From a virus (lineage: Duplodnaviria; Heunggongvirae; Uroviricota; Caudoviricetes), in IMG/VR virus record IMGVR_UViG_3300029518_000200: 64,000 bases of DNA; one strand, 5' to 3'. Position 1 is the first letter of the stretch, and every line of letters starts with the position of its first letter. Position numbers and translations under genes: made by a program. The notes under the pieces were generated by a model that was not told the DNA's origin, searched no databases, and saw only the letters and a program-made list of their open reading frames with translations. Shown here one piece after another: positions 49,980 through 60,352 of the stretch.

Positions 49980-51440
49980 TTATCTGTCATTTCCAATATC
50001 TTCATCTTCCATTGCATCAGATAAATCACCATTTTCGATATTTGCTCTTACTGAACTCCAGTCAAGATTATTCTCTCCTGAGAAGATTCTATCAGCATCA
50101 TCTAAAAATTTCATTGGCATATCAAGATTTGATAAGCCTGAACAGTCTTTAAAAGCATTATCACCAATGGCAAACATACTGTTAGGAATATTTATATCTG
50201 TAAGCGATTTACATCCTTCAAACGCGTTATCACCAATAGACACCGTTCTTTCAGGAATATCAATTCGCTTTAAACTCTCGCATCCTTTGAAATATTCCTT
50301 TGGAATAAATACAAGATTATTTGGCATGCGCACATTTTCAACAGCCTTTCTTTCCGGGCTGTCTTTCGGTATTTTCTCAAGGTCTTCAAAATACACTACT
50401 TTTTTATATTCCTTGTTCTGTACTGGTTCTTCCTGAGCTTTTTCTACATTTCTTATCTGATGAATTCCACCGCATACAGGTGATGTCTGAATAATACGTC
50501 CTGCTGCATTTCCATAAACTGCAGGATCATTTACAATCTGCAATTTTGCTGGTCTCTGGTTCATTATTGAAAGTGGATTTGGCGCATAAATCTTTATGTC
50601 ATTAAATGTTCCGCCATTTAAAATATTAACAGCGGGATTATCAGTCTGCGTTACCGTGTATGTTGTCCCATGTTCTGTCGAGAAGAAAAATCCATTCATT
50701 TTCTGTGCCCTCCTTTGTGGATGTTTTTCTGGTATATTATTTATTTCAATAGGAACGCCTGAAGTTCTATCGAAGACCATCTCAATTCCTCTACTTGGTC
50801 TTTTTACTGTCATTGTTGAATTATTTCGTTCCTTTATCTGCTGTTTTTCTCGTTCTCTGTCAGCCTTTTTGTCTGCTTCCATTACTAATCCGGTAACAAC
50901 TAAAACTGGCAGCGCTCCTGGAATTTCCTTTGCGCCAAGATTTTTAATAATATCAGGTGAAAAGTCTTTTGAGTCAGTAATAAGTCGTCTGTTCCATTCC
51001 AGTTCGTTAAAGTCTCCACGTTTTGAGCATCTATCTTTTCTAATATCATCGGGAGTATTCAAATAATATAGCTGAACATTGCTGTTAGCAGGAACATTTT
51101 CCATTACGGACTTTATTGCTGACGGCGGCAGCACTGTAACATATTTCTTATTTTCAATATCCATATCATGAGGTTTTTCAAGTCCATAACGCCGTATATT
51201 TGTATTCCCTGACTTATTTACCACTTCATATGCTCTGCATTCAAGCATTTCTCCATTAGCAATCATTTTGTCCAGTTCACTGCTTGTTCTGAAATTGTAC
51301 TGCACTCCATATTCCTCACCCGGTCTCATAGGCCTGTCTGTTGACGACATTAACTGTTCATATCCATACGTATCAGCAAGTTCTCTTTGTATGGTATCTT
51401 TCCCGCTTGCAGTTTTACCCATTAAAATAATTAAGCTCAT
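49980..51440 (-). CDS. fusion of a guanylate-kinase-like P-loop domain (N-terminal) with BspA-type LRR repeats (C-terminal)
   Basis: GKTASGKDT and STDRPMRPGEEYGVQYNF (guanylate-kinase TTRxPRxGE..G.dY.F signature); C-terminal ..CESLKRIDIP..SIGDNAFEGCKSL.. Confidence 0.6.
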   Translation of the reverse strand: MSLIILMGKTASGKDTIQRELADTYGYEQLMSSTDRPMRPGEEYGVQYNFRTSSELDKMIANGEMLECRAYEVVNKSGNTNIRRYGLEKPHDMDIENKKYVTVLPPSAIKSVMENVPANSNVQLYYLNTPDDIRKDRCSKRGDFNELEWNRRLITDSKDFSPDIIKNLGAKEIPGALPVLVVTGLVMEADKKADREREKQQIKERNNSTMTVKRPSRGIEMVFDRTSGVPIEINNIPEKHPQRRAQKMNGFFFSTEHGTTYTVTQTDNPAVNILNGGTFNDIKIYAPNPLSIMNQRPAKLQIVNDPAVYGNAAGRIIQTSPVCGGIHQIRNVEKAQEEPVQNKEYKKVVYFEDLEKIPKDSPERKAVENVRMPNNLVFIPKEYFKGCESLKRIDIPERTVSIGDNAFEGCKSLTDINIPNSMFAIGDNAFKDCSGLSNLDMPMKFLDDADRIFSGENNLDWSSVRANIENGDLSDAMEDEDIGNDR

Positions 51441-51551
51441 TTGTCATTATCTCCTTATTTTGATGTAATAAATATGGATTTTCGTAAAAATGAACAAACA
51501 AAAAGACTCCTCATTAGTAAGGAGCCTTTAAGCTTAAAATGTCAAAAAATC

Positions 51552-52319
51552 TCAATCACCATTATCCAGCACTGATGCATTTGATTCCATGTCAATACTT
51601 GTAATACGCATGTACTTTGTCCAGTAAGACACAGAATTTACTGCAACCGTATTGTCTTTGGCATTACAGTGACACCAGAGATCATTACCTTCAGTGTCCT
51701 TGCCGCAATATATGCCGACGTGATTTGTACGAGTATGTTTCTCGCCATTTTCGTCAGTATATATTGTATCTCTACCATCCATAAGGAATGCCAGATCACC
51801 CGGCTTTAATTCCTCATGGCTGATATACTGAGCACGTCCGCCTTCAACATTCTCTGTTGACTGCATCCATGTGCCCTCTCCTATGTCCTGACCCGTAACA
51901 AGCCAGAATACATATTCAACAAAACCAGAACAGTCTAAAGACTCGTCGGTCTTCCAGTTATTATTATAATCTGGTTTGCTGCCAAGATTATATGTAAACT
52001 GGTTAACCATGCCCATTGCTGTATTAACAATACAGTAACGAGTCTGACTGAGTCCATCATATCCGTTAATAGAATATGTTGGCTCAGGTTCAACAACTGG
52101 TTCAGCTACGAGGGCTGGCTCGATTACTGGTTCTGAAAAATCAATTTCAGAAACAGCCTTTGTGACACCTGCAGTCGGTACTGGTGTCTCTGCAATTGTA
52201 GCAGCTGACGCAGTACTTGTTTCTGCTGCGCTTACTGTCTTGACATTGATGTTTAATACACCAACAATAGATAATGTTGCCACCGAAATAATTAAAAAAT
52301 TCTTTTTGTTCATATTCAA
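51552..52319 (-). CDS. secreted NlpC/P60-family peptidase
   Basis: signal peptide; LDCSGFV (catalytic Cys) and HVGIYCG (His). Confidence 0.65.
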   Translation of the reverse strand: MNMNKKNFLIISVATLSIVGVLNINVKTVSAAETSTASAATIAETPVPTAGVTKAVSEIDFSEPVIEPALVAEPVVEPEPTYSINGYDGLSQTRYCIVNTAMGMVNQFTYNLGSKPDYNNNWKTDESLDCSGFVEYVFWLVTGQDIGEGTWMQSTENVEGGRAQYISHEELKPGDLAFLMDGRDTIYTDENGEKHTRTNHVGIYCGKDTEGNDLWCHCNAKDNTVAVNSVSYWTKYMRITSIDMESNASVLDNGD

Positions 52320-52418
52320 TATCCTCCTTTATTTTTTTGTTAGAATATAAATTTCTATAGATATGGATTTTAAAGAACAACAAAAAAGCCATGTATTGTA
52401 CACGGCTTTTTCTTTTTT

Positions 52419-52688
52419 TTACATATTATAAAAAGGATGTTTTGGTTCAAACATCTCTTTTTCTTCTTCAGATGCAGCTTCATAATATTCTCGCATTGTT
52501 GAGTAATCAAAAGTTACATCTTCACAATACAACTGCCCAAATCTCATATATCGAGCAATTGTCATACTTTTCTTCTCAGGCTCATTTTTCAATACCTGAG
52601 CAAAAATGGAAAATTCATTTGGTTTATTTTTTTCTTTTGCCTTACAGACAAAAAGAGCTCCCACCTCTGCTTTTGAAAAATCATACAT
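52419..52688 (-). CDS. hypothetical protein
   Basis: start at MYDFSK after SD aaaggagatgg. Confidence 0.45.
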   Translation of the reverse strand: MYDFSKAEVGALFVCKAKEKNKPNEFSIFAQVLKNEPEKKSMTIARYMRFGQLYCEDVTFDYSTMREYYEAASEEEKEMFEPKHPFYNM

Positions 52689-52780
52689 AATTCCATCTCC
52701 TTTCTTTGTATGCATTAATATGAATATAGATGGGTTTTGTACGAAAAAAGAGAAACCAACATTGGTTTCTCTTTAACAGT

Positions 52781-53065
52781 TTACTTTAGTTCAGATTTTA
52801 AAATCTGACAAACTGCTGCTGCAAGTTCTTTTCTTGCGGCTTCTTCCTGCTCTTCCTGTTTGCGCTTTTTTGTTAACGCAATCTGATGAAGGAAGTCTCT
52901 TATTGCATCAATAGCTCCCAAGACACAAACAATGAAAATCAAGCAGGAGAACATAAACACTCCTGTCAACATCATCCTCTCGTTATGAGAAAATCTTCCC
53001 CCTAACGAAAGAATGCTGGCAATAACACATATTGCCACCCAGATTTTGAATCCCAAATTTTTCAT
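52781..53065 (-). CDS. small 2-TM membrane protein
   Basis: class-A cassette. Confidence 0.45.
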   Translation of the reverse strand: MKNLGFKIWVAICVIASILSLGGRFSHNERMMLTGVFMFSCLIFIVCVLGAIDAIRDFLHQIALTKKRKQEEQEEAARKELAAAVCQILKSELK

Positions 53066-53210
53066 ATATTCGTCCTCCTTTATTTTTTATATGAAATCTG
53101 CAATAAAGGTGGAGTTTGCACACAAAAAAAAGAGGATGATAAATCATCCTCTTAAAATGCTGTTCCTCCACCTTCATTCATGACTTTATCCTCCTTTACT
53201 TATGTGCTTT

Positions 53211-53915
53211 TTATATTTTCTGATTTCTTAAATTAATTTTCTGCACTTCACCGATAATATTGACTTTTTCAGCAACAAATCTTTGTGTGTGCTTTCCCGT
53301 TTTAGCATTCTTCCTGCCCTGAACGGTCCCTGTCATATCAACCCACGTTCCGGGAGTATATTTTGTATATACTAAGTCCTTTGCGCCGCCATTGGGAAAA
53401 CGCATTCCGGTTGCAGTTGATGATACAAATTCCTTTTCAATAAATGGGAATTTTGTATTCTCTCTCGTATTCTTAATCTTCTTCTTTGTGACTGTTTTAA
53501 CATTGATAATAATGTAATTGTCATTAATAGCCTTTGCCGACACGATCCTGCCTCTATACTGAACATTGTTTAAGTCTTTGGCTTTGTCATCTGCAACAGA
53601 CATCATGTTAAGCCCCCATACTTCAAGATGTTTTCCTCTCTGAGTGTGTCTGTCAACAATATTCTGCAAGACAGCCGTTACTGTTACCCTGTCGCCAATT
53701 TTAAACTGTTTTGGATATGTCTTTGCTTCTGTCTTAAAAAACCTTACATTAATAGTATCACGGCTGTACTGACCATTTCTTTTCTTAAAACGATACTCCC
53801 TGCCATTGTTTCCACATGATAAAAAGAAATCAGTGTAATATTTCTTTTCTACAATATCAAATATCTTACCTCTGAGGTGGACTTCATTATGGAAGTCAAA
53901 CATATTATTTGCCAT
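53211..53915 (-). CDS. hypothetical protein with SSB-like OB-fold patterns
   Basis: GDRVTVTAVLQN and WVDMTGTVQGRKN..KHTQRFVAEKVNII resemble SSB strands. Confidence 0.4.
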   Translation of the reverse strand: MANNMFDFHNEVHLRGKIFDIVEKKYYTDFFLSCGNNGREYRFKKRNGQYSRDTINVRFFKTEAKTYPKQFKIGDRVTVTAVLQNIVDRHTQRGKHLEVWGLNMMSVADDKAKDLNNVQYRGRIVSAKAINDNYIIINVKTVTKKKIKNTRENTKFPFIEKEFVSSTATGMRFPNGGAKDLVYTKYTPGTWVDMTGTVQGRKNAKTGKHTQRFVAEKVNIIGEVQKINLRNQKI

Positions 53916-54020
53916 TTTTCTTATTTCCTTTCGTGTTATTTGTACAATGAATATGGATTTTAATAATAAACAGCAAAAAAAAAGACCGTTACGAACTTAC
54001 ACGTAACGGCTGTGTATTAT

Positions 54021-55196
54021 TTAAAAATCATTTATTTCAATTATTGATAAGAAATCTTCTTCTGCTTCTTTCGTTTCATCGTCTTTATCTGTGAACGGTA
54101 TAAGAGTTTTTGACAACAGTTTATCAATTGGAGTCATTTCATCCTTTTCCATGTCATCATCTTTAATTTCAAGCATCCTTTTTAAAGTAAGATGCACTGC
54201 ATTAATTGTTCTTTTTGCGTTTATGATGGATGTATTGAACTTCTCGGCTACATCCTTTATATGTTCAGGTGGCACTATATAAAGCTGGTCATCCTTTTCA
54301 ACAAAACCATTTGACATCAGATACATCTGAACTCCTTCAGTGTTAGGCAGAGCATGCAGGGCTTCCATAATCTGAAGCTTTCTTTCATCTTTCATGACAT
54401 GGGTTTCAGGCTTCTCAAAATCCTCCGATGTTATATCTTCTGCCATTTCAATATTGGGAGCAACTGAGTCTTCCATATAAATGCTGCTTCTCTCATCAAA
54501 CATTTTCTGTCTCTGCATTGACAATGCAACTACGGCAACAGAAATGTTATTTGAGATTTTATCTTCATCAAGAAATTCCTTTTTAGCGCGTGCACGTTTT
54601 TCACGCTCAATTTCTTTCATTATATTATTGATAGTAGGCTGTCCGCCGCGGGCTTCAATTGCTTTTGCTGCTCTCTTTACTCTCTGATCTACCTTATAAT
54701 TCTGATTTGAGTTGCCGGATTCTTCTGCCGAGAATTCAGACATTGCATACTTACGGTTCTTCTCGCAAAAAGCCACAATAGATACAGGCGGTTTTGACTG
54801 ATACATCATTTTAATTGGATCATATTCGGTAATAACCTTTATAAACACATCGTCAACAATTGTCTCTACTGTTTCAACGAACTTTGCTGGTTCAATCATT
54901 AACGATTTCTTTTTAAGCATAGATTTGGTAAGTCCGGTAATAAGACTCTGTAATTTTACAGAAGCCATTTCGTTCAGCAGTCCATCACTGTCATCAATTT
55001 CTGATATGCTGCATCTAATGAGATCAATCACCAGTCTTAACCAATAACCTTGCTGTTTAGGATTTTCCCTGTAATATTTTTCTATTTCATTAAATGCCCT
55101 CTTTCTTTCAGATGTTGTTTTTGCTTCTTTGAGCAGGGAAAAACCTTCGACCTCGTTGTAGTCGAAGGGCACCCATTCCATCTCTTTTTTCGCCAT
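54021..55196 (-). CDS. hypothetical protein
   Basis: start after SD ggaggaaac; third gene of an operon. Confidence 0.5.
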   Translation of the reverse strand: MAKKEMEWVPFDYNEVEGFSLLKEAKTTSERKRAFNEIEKYYRENPKQQGYWLRLVIDLIRCSISEIDDSDGLLNEMASVKLQSLITGLTKSMLKKKSLMIEPAKFVETVETIVDDVFIKVITEYDPIKMMYQSKPPVSIVAFCEKNRKYAMSEFSAEESGNSNQNYKVDQRVKRAAKAIEARGGQPTINNIMKEIEREKRARAKKEFLDEDKISNNISVAVVALSMQRQKMFDERSSIYMEDSVAPNIEMAEDITSEDFEKPETHVMKDERKLQIMEALHALPNTEGVQMYLMSNGFVEKDDQLYIVPPEHIKDVAEKFNTSIINAKRTINAVHLTLKRMLEIKDDDMEKDEMTPIDKLLSKTLIPFTDKDDETKEAEEDFLSIIEINDF

Positions 55197-55212
55197 GTTT
55201 CCTCCAAATAAA

Positions 55213-55395
55213 TCACACAAATTGTTTCAATGGTACATTGTGTGACAGCTCAAACGCTGCCAATTCAGTAAGCATTGCAACCTCATCCAGTGTTAACTCT
55301 GAAGAGTTATTAACTACGTGATTTACTAGGGAACTTACATCATTAAATGTATTGGATAATAAATCATTTTCCAGTATACTCAATGCTCTTAACAT
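55213..55395 (-). CDS. small hypothetical protein
   Basis: ORF between operon partners. Confidence 0.35.
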   Translation of the reverse strand: MLRALSILENDLLSNTFNDVSSLVNHVVNNSSELTLDEVAMLTELAAFELSHNVPLKQFV

Positions 55396-55400
55396 ATATT

Positions 55401-56162
55401 TTACTCACTTTCTGTTTTGTTTTCAAGGCTTTCGTCAGGTTCTACAAAGAAACTATTATCTGGTGTTGTAATTGTTTCCATACTGCCATCAGCAGTCCAT
55501 TTATAATAATTTAAGTCCTGATTGTATTTTATGCAAAAACGAATTTCTTTGTAGTCTCCAACACCTTTAACAGTATTAACTATTTCATTTGCTATAGACT
55601 GAGTATCTTCATTTGTTGATAAAACCTGTATATAAGCAATATTGTTTTTTACATTTACATACGTATAATCATTTTTGTATGTATCAGGAATAGCCTGTGA
55701 TAAGTCATTTGACTCTTTGCTCATTTCACTTGGAACTTTTTCATATTGTACTGAATTTCCATTAATGGTTACATATCCAATCTGTTCTGTTGCATTATAG
55801 TTTTTATCAAATTTTCCATATGTAGCTTTTTCTGCTGCATCTGCACCCGGATACTGAATACCAGTTCCGTCTTCAAACAGAAACAATACCCATACCTTGT
55901 CGTTGTAAGCATTTAATACTGACTTAACAGTGTCAATGTATTCAAAATCACTCATCTTCTTAAAATCTGATTTCTTGACTTTTTCAACATGATAATCAAG
56001 GGAGCTTTCTATCTCGCTTCCCCATTCAGCATCATTTAAGCTGTTTTCAGTGGTTTCCCATCCATTTGCATTCTTTGCAGGCATTTTCGATACAGAATAA
56101 GCTGTTATGCCAAGTCCTGCAACAATAAGAATACCGGCAATGATAAGAATTTTCTTTTTCAA
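55401..56162 (-). CDS. secreted or membrane-anchored protein (TTG start)
   Basis: N-terminal KKKILIIAGILIVAGLGI; preceded by a GTATCA-N10-TGATAC site. Confidence 0.45.
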   Translation of the reverse strand: MKKKILIIAGILIVAGLGITAYSVSKMPAKNANGWETTENSLNDAEWGSEIESSLDYHVEKVKKSDFKKMSDFEYIDTVKSVLNAYNDKVWVLFLFEDGTGIQYPGADAAEKATYGKFDKNYNATEQIGYVTINGNSVQYEKVPSEMSKESNDLSQAIPDTYKNDYTYVNVKNNIAYIQVLSTNEDTQSIANEIVNTVKGVGDYKEIRFCIKYNQDLNYYKWTADGSMETITTPDNSFFVEPDESLENKTESE

Positions 56163-56208
56163 TTATAATCATTCCTTTCATATTAAATTATAGCACGAAA
56201 AGCTCTCG

Positions 56209-56230
56209 GTATCAATATTAATTATGATAC
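56209..56230. promoter_or_regulatory. GTATCA-N10-TGATAC palindrome nested in CTCTCG/CGAGAG arms, at the promoter of operon 56162->54021
   Basis: read directly. Confidence 0.6.
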
Positions 56231-56268
56231 ATCGAGAGTCTGCGTGTAAATTTATATAAAAAACCTTT

Positions 56269-56574
56269 TTATGCAAAAGTAAACACTTTTACGTTATCAA
56301 GGTCAATTGTGTTCGCGTTTTTATTTTCAGCAAAAGCATATGGAAATGCTGCTGTAAGCGTAATTGCTTTTATAAGGCCATTGATTTTTACATCAACAAT
56401 GTTGTTCTTTGTAAGAACATAGTCTGTCTGTCCAAGCTCTGTAACATGTCCTGTCTGAGGCTCATACTGATAAATTCCAAATAAGAATTCTTTTCCATTA
56501 ATATCTCTTTCCATGAATTTTACTGCCCATATTCCGTTACCTTTTAACTGATGTAATGCGTTTAATCCTGTCAT
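56269..56574 (-). CDS. hypothetical protein
   Basis: ORF. Confidence 0.4.
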   Translation of the reverse strand: MTGLNALHQLKGNGIWAVKFMERDINGKEFLFGIYQYEPQTGHVTELGQTDYVLTKNNIVDVKINGLIKAITLTAAFPYAFAENKNANTIDLDNVKVFTFA

Positions 56575-56697
56575 AAATTTTACCCTTAACTGTTCTCTGA
56601 TTATTTCTGTTTATCTTATTGATATTAATCATCGTTCGTTAATAATCCTTTCTTATATAAATATTGATTGATAAGTTATATTTTGTTAATTCTTGAT

Positions 56698-56862
56698 TTA
56701 ATAATCTTTTGCAAGTTCTTCTGCAATAACTGATTCGAGATGTTTTGTCATAATAAAACATGCAACAAAGAATAGTGTTATCACACCTACAATAATGAAT
56801 TTTACGTTGTTTGGCATGGCGTCGAGCTTATTTGCCATATCCATTAGCTTTGCTTCGTTCAT
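56698..56862 (-). CDS. small membrane protein (54 aa)
   Basis: SD gaaggaggaaacc; below the ORF-track size cutoff. Confidence 0.3.
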   Translation of the reverse strand: MNEAKLMDMANKLDAMPNNVKFIIVGVITLFFVACFIMTKHLESVIAEELAKDY

Positions 56863-57035
56863 CACAATGGTTTCCTCCTTCCCGTTTATTGTTTGTTTCT
56901 ATATATATAGTATTCCGTTTTTGATTTTTGTCCAAAGCGAAATACAATTTAGTATAAATTATTTTTTTTGCCCACAATATATAGTATAAAGAAAAATCCC
57001 TGAACATTAATATTCAGGGATAAAAGTTTACTTTT

Positions 57036-57332
57036 TTATACGGCAGTTTTTGCTGCTGCTTTAGCTACTTTTTTAGCACGGCATCTTTTAGCAGCTTTGA
57101 TGTCATGCTTAATTGCAGACACCAATTCGCCTGTTATAAGCGAAATTATATTACATACAATTTCACCTACAATCAAGCCGCACCAAAGAGCAGCTATTAA
57201 AATTGACCCATACTCAAATGTATGCGTATGAAGCATTGCAATTAATTCTGATATGATGCCGCACACCCACAAAGGTGCACCAAAAAGCATTCCTTTGCAG
57301 AAATTTTTTAAAAATACTTTCAATGTAATCAT
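57036..57332 (-). CDS. small membrane protein
   Basis: class-A cassette. Confidence 0.4.
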   Translation of the reverse strand: MITLKVFLKNFCKGMLFGAPLWVCGIISELIAMLHTHTFEYGSILIAALWCGLIVGEIVCNIISLITGELVSAIKHDIKAAKRCRAKKVAKAAAKTAV

Positions 57333-57724
57333 AAATCATTCCTCCTTTTATGATTGCGTAAAATTAATAAAGTTACCATAAATATGGGTTTTCTTGCAAA
57401 ATAACACAAAAAAAAAGAGGACCGGTTACAGTCCTCTTGATTCCTGTTTTCATACGTCTGCTTTTTAAATGCCGTAGCGGCAAATTCTATTATATCAGCC
57501 AGAGTACCACGTCTATAACACCTGCATAGGCATGGGTGAATGGCTGTATTTTATTTTATTCCCTGATTTTTAATATAGTTTTTTTTTACTACATCCAGTG
57601 AATTTTCACTTACTGTTGCAATAAAATAACTGTCAGATCAAAGATAAAGTTTCCAGTAATATTTTTTAAGCTGTATTTCAATATACTTAAAAAAAAGACA
57701 CCTCAACGAGATGTCCTTTTAAGT

Positions 57725-57868
57725 TTAAATCACAATGATTTGTGGTTTTTCGATGGAATATCCATCTTCTTTCATTTCTGAATAAGATTCAAATCCATTC
57801 TGCACCGCTACCATTTCATAATAATCAGTCAGCGGAACAATTCCTAAGTTGGTCTTTACGTATTCCAT
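57725..57868 (-). CDS. small protein (47 aa), downstream partner of a 24-aa ORF at 57882-57956
   Basis: SD gtaggagg; both lie behind one class-A box. Confidence 0.25.
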   Translation of the reverse strand: MEYVKTNLGIVPLTDYYEMVAVQNGFESYSEMKEDGYSIEKPQIIVI

Positions 57869-58056
57869 AATTCAAAACCTCCTACTCAAAGTCTGCATTG
57901 TCTGCGTCAACTACTGCATAGCCGTATTTGACAACCATCACTCTCATTTTTGCCATAATATCTTCCTCCTTTACTATTTTATATATGACAGTATAAATAT
58001 GGAGTTTTATGCGTAAAAAAAAAGAACACCTTGTAGAGATGTCCTTTTTTTTGAGT

Positions 58057-58257
58057 TTAAACCTGTCCGTTGACTTTTAGAAAATTATACGCCTGCGTTG
58101 CTGTCATCTGCTGCTGCATCATTACCGGTGCAAGTGTTCCAAATAATGTCAGTTTGCAGTCATAGCAAATTATTTCAGATTCTTTATCTCCAAAAATATT
58201 ATCTACTAAACTCGTTTTTCCACAGCAGGGACAGGTGTTTGGGATTTCTCTAATCAT
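58057..58257 (-). CDS. small zinc-ribbon protein
   Basis: CPCCG...CYDC. Confidence 0.4.
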   Translation of the reverse strand: MIREIPNTCPCCGKTSLVDNIFGDKESEIICYDCKLTLFGTLAPVMMQQQMTATQAYNFLKVNGQV

Positions 58258-58270
58258 GTCAGTTTCCTCC

Positions 58271-59083
58271 TTAAAAGCCTAAATGAATTATCCCGTCAAG
58301 ATAATTCTCAACGTGGTCACGCGTCTCGGATATGGCTCCAATCTTATTGAGTTCATCAATAATCTTTAAGAGCTTATCTTCCGCATCATAACCGCACGAT
58401 GTAAGATTGCCCCGATGGTCAAACGGAATTTTTGCTCCGCACAACGCCAGGATTCTCTCAAGTCCTGATATATTGTCAGAATTGTCAGCAGGAGATGTAT
58501 TTTCTGCTGACAATCTGATAAGCGCTTCCAATATATCCGCCGGAAGTTCATATGGACGATAATCAGTGTCTGAAAACGAATTATCATCAATACTGTAAAC
58601 CGTTGGAGATACTTCAACACAGGTTACTGCATCACAGGCATTGTCTGAATGCAGTTTGTCTGTCGGAATTTCAATGTGCAGTTCTCCCTGCACAGCGTTT
58701 TTTAAGTCCGCATTAGAAAAAATTCCTGTAGCAGCAAATTCTGTCAGAGGCATTGCAAAGTACAGATTTGTGACGCCTGTATCCGTTTTTGCGAGCTCAT
58801 CCATAATAAAGCCTGTATCTGAAATCTCATAATTGAGGCTCTCAATCATGAACCCATAGGTATCTGACAGGTAATCAACAACATCATCATTGATATCATT
58901 AATAAGTTCTGTCATTTTTTCATGGCTCTCTTTTGCCGCTTTAAGCCTGTCTTCTGTCAAAGAGAATTTTTCCTTTGGAATCTCAGTAAGCGTTGGCAGC
59001 AGCATTAACGCTTCTTTTGAAAGTGTGTCATCGTCCTGAACATCCCACAAGATGTTTGTTGCATATAATTTTATTTCTGCCAT
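58271..59083 (-). CDS. hypothetical acidic protein
   Basis: class-A cassette. Confidence 0.5.
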   Translation of the reverse strand: MAEIKLYATNILWDVQDDDTLSKEALMLLPTLTEIPKEKFSLTEDRLKAAKESHEKMTELINDINDDVVDYLSDTYGFMIESLNYEISDTGFIMDELAKTDTGVTNLYFAMPLTEFAATGIFSNADLKNAVQGELHIEIPTDKLHSDNACDAVTCVEVSPTVYSIDDNSFSDTDYRPYELPADILEALIRLSAENTSPADNSDNISGLERILALCGAKIPFDHRGNLTSCGYDAEDKLLKIIDELNKIGAISETRDHVENYLDGIIHLGF

Positions 59084-59199
59084 AATGTTCTCCTCCTTTA
59101 TTATTTTTATATGACGTAATAAATATGGAGTTTATATGCAGACAAAAAAGAGAACACCCTGTAAAGATGTCCTCTTTTTATTTAAATTTTAAGATTAAA

Positions 59200-59538
59200 C
59201 TACCATTTATTTTCTTCAAAAGTCACTTCCCATTCATTAATATAGTCTACAAACAGTTCCCTGAAATTTTTATCCAGTTCTTTTGGTGTACGCCCCTCTT
59301 TTTCTTCCATCTTTTTGAATGCTTTCCAGAGATTATCCATATGATATTTTTTCTCTTCTGCTGATACAGACTGCATGAGGAGGCTTAATACGTCACAGTC
59401 TTCACAGTTTTCAAAACATTCCAAGCCTTTATTCAGCGCATCTTTTGCTCTTTCATCATCCACATAACTTTTAAGCAGTACAGCAGTCATGAATTTCCTC
59501 ACCGTTTCATTATCCCTCAATAATCCTTTGTTACTCAT
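59200..59538 (-). CDS. hypothetical protein
   Basis: start after SD aaaggagaaaat. Confidence 0.45.
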   Translation of the reverse strand: MSNKGLLRDNETVRKFMTAVLLKSYVDDERAKDALNKGLECFENCEDCDVLSLLMQSVSAEEKKYHMDNLWKAFKKMEEKEGRTPKELDKNFRELFVDYINEWEVTFEENKW

Positions 59539-59658
59539 ATTTTCTCCTTTTTTTTTGTATGATGCCAAAATTATATCATTACATACAAACGTCTGTCACG
59601 CGTTTTTGCCAAAAAAAATACCCGCTGTGAATAACATTTCACAACAGGCATTTTTCAT

Positions 59659-60141
59659 TTACTGTTCTGGCAGCATATTGTGTTCTTTAAATGAGAACAT
59701 CTCCTTCGGCGATATTATGATGTGGTCCAAAAGCGGAATTGACATCATATTCGCTGCGCTTGCCAACTTACTCGTACTTCGGATATCGTCTGCCGAAGGC
59801 GTACAGTCATCACTCGGATGATTATGTGCTACGATAAAACTTACAGCTCCGCAGATACAGAGCCTTACAAAAATCTCTCTTGTGTTCATGAGACATGTCT
59901 GAGCTGAACCATGGAACACATCAAAAACTCCTATCGGTTTGCACTTTGTGGTGAGCGCGATGAGGTATACATGTTCCTCTGCCTGATATGAAGCCCTGAA
60001 CACCTCATCCAGTGCAGTCTTCACCTTCTGTGGCGAATTTAGATTGTCTACTGCTGTGCAGTTTCTGCTATTCTCTTTTACAAGAACGGCCTTGCAGTCC
60101 TTGCCTACTTCGATATTGTACTTTGTTATTCTCATATTCAT
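59659..60141 (-). CDS. RadC-like JAB/MPN domain protein
   Basis: IVAHNHPSDDCTPSADDI...LLDHII. Confidence 0.7.
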   Translation of the reverse strand: MNMRITKYNIEVGKDCKAVLVKENSRNCTAVDNLNSPQKVKTALDEVFRASYQAEEHVYLIALTTKCKPIGVFDVFHGSAQTCLMNTREIFVRLCICGAVSFIVAHNHPSDDCTPSADDIRSTSKLASAANMMSIPLLDHIIISPKEMFSFKEHNMLPEQ

Positions 60142-60352
60142 TTCCTCCTTTATTCAAAAAAATATATCAGTTAAAATGAATATGGAGTTTGCACAAAACA
60201 TATGCTTTCCGGGTACCACGCCTTTACTGCATTGCAGATAATATTTTTATCAAGTTCCGGCTCGGTGAACTACTCGGCTACAAGTAACTGAGTAGTTCCC
60301 TTGTCGTATCCATTGTTTTCATTGACATAAAAATTTCTTTTTTTAACCTGAT

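Noticed and set aside
54021-55196. Possible element-encoded sigma factor that would read the class-A box
   Set aside because: The sequence lacks recognisable sigma region 2.4/4.2 motifs; this was only a positional guess.
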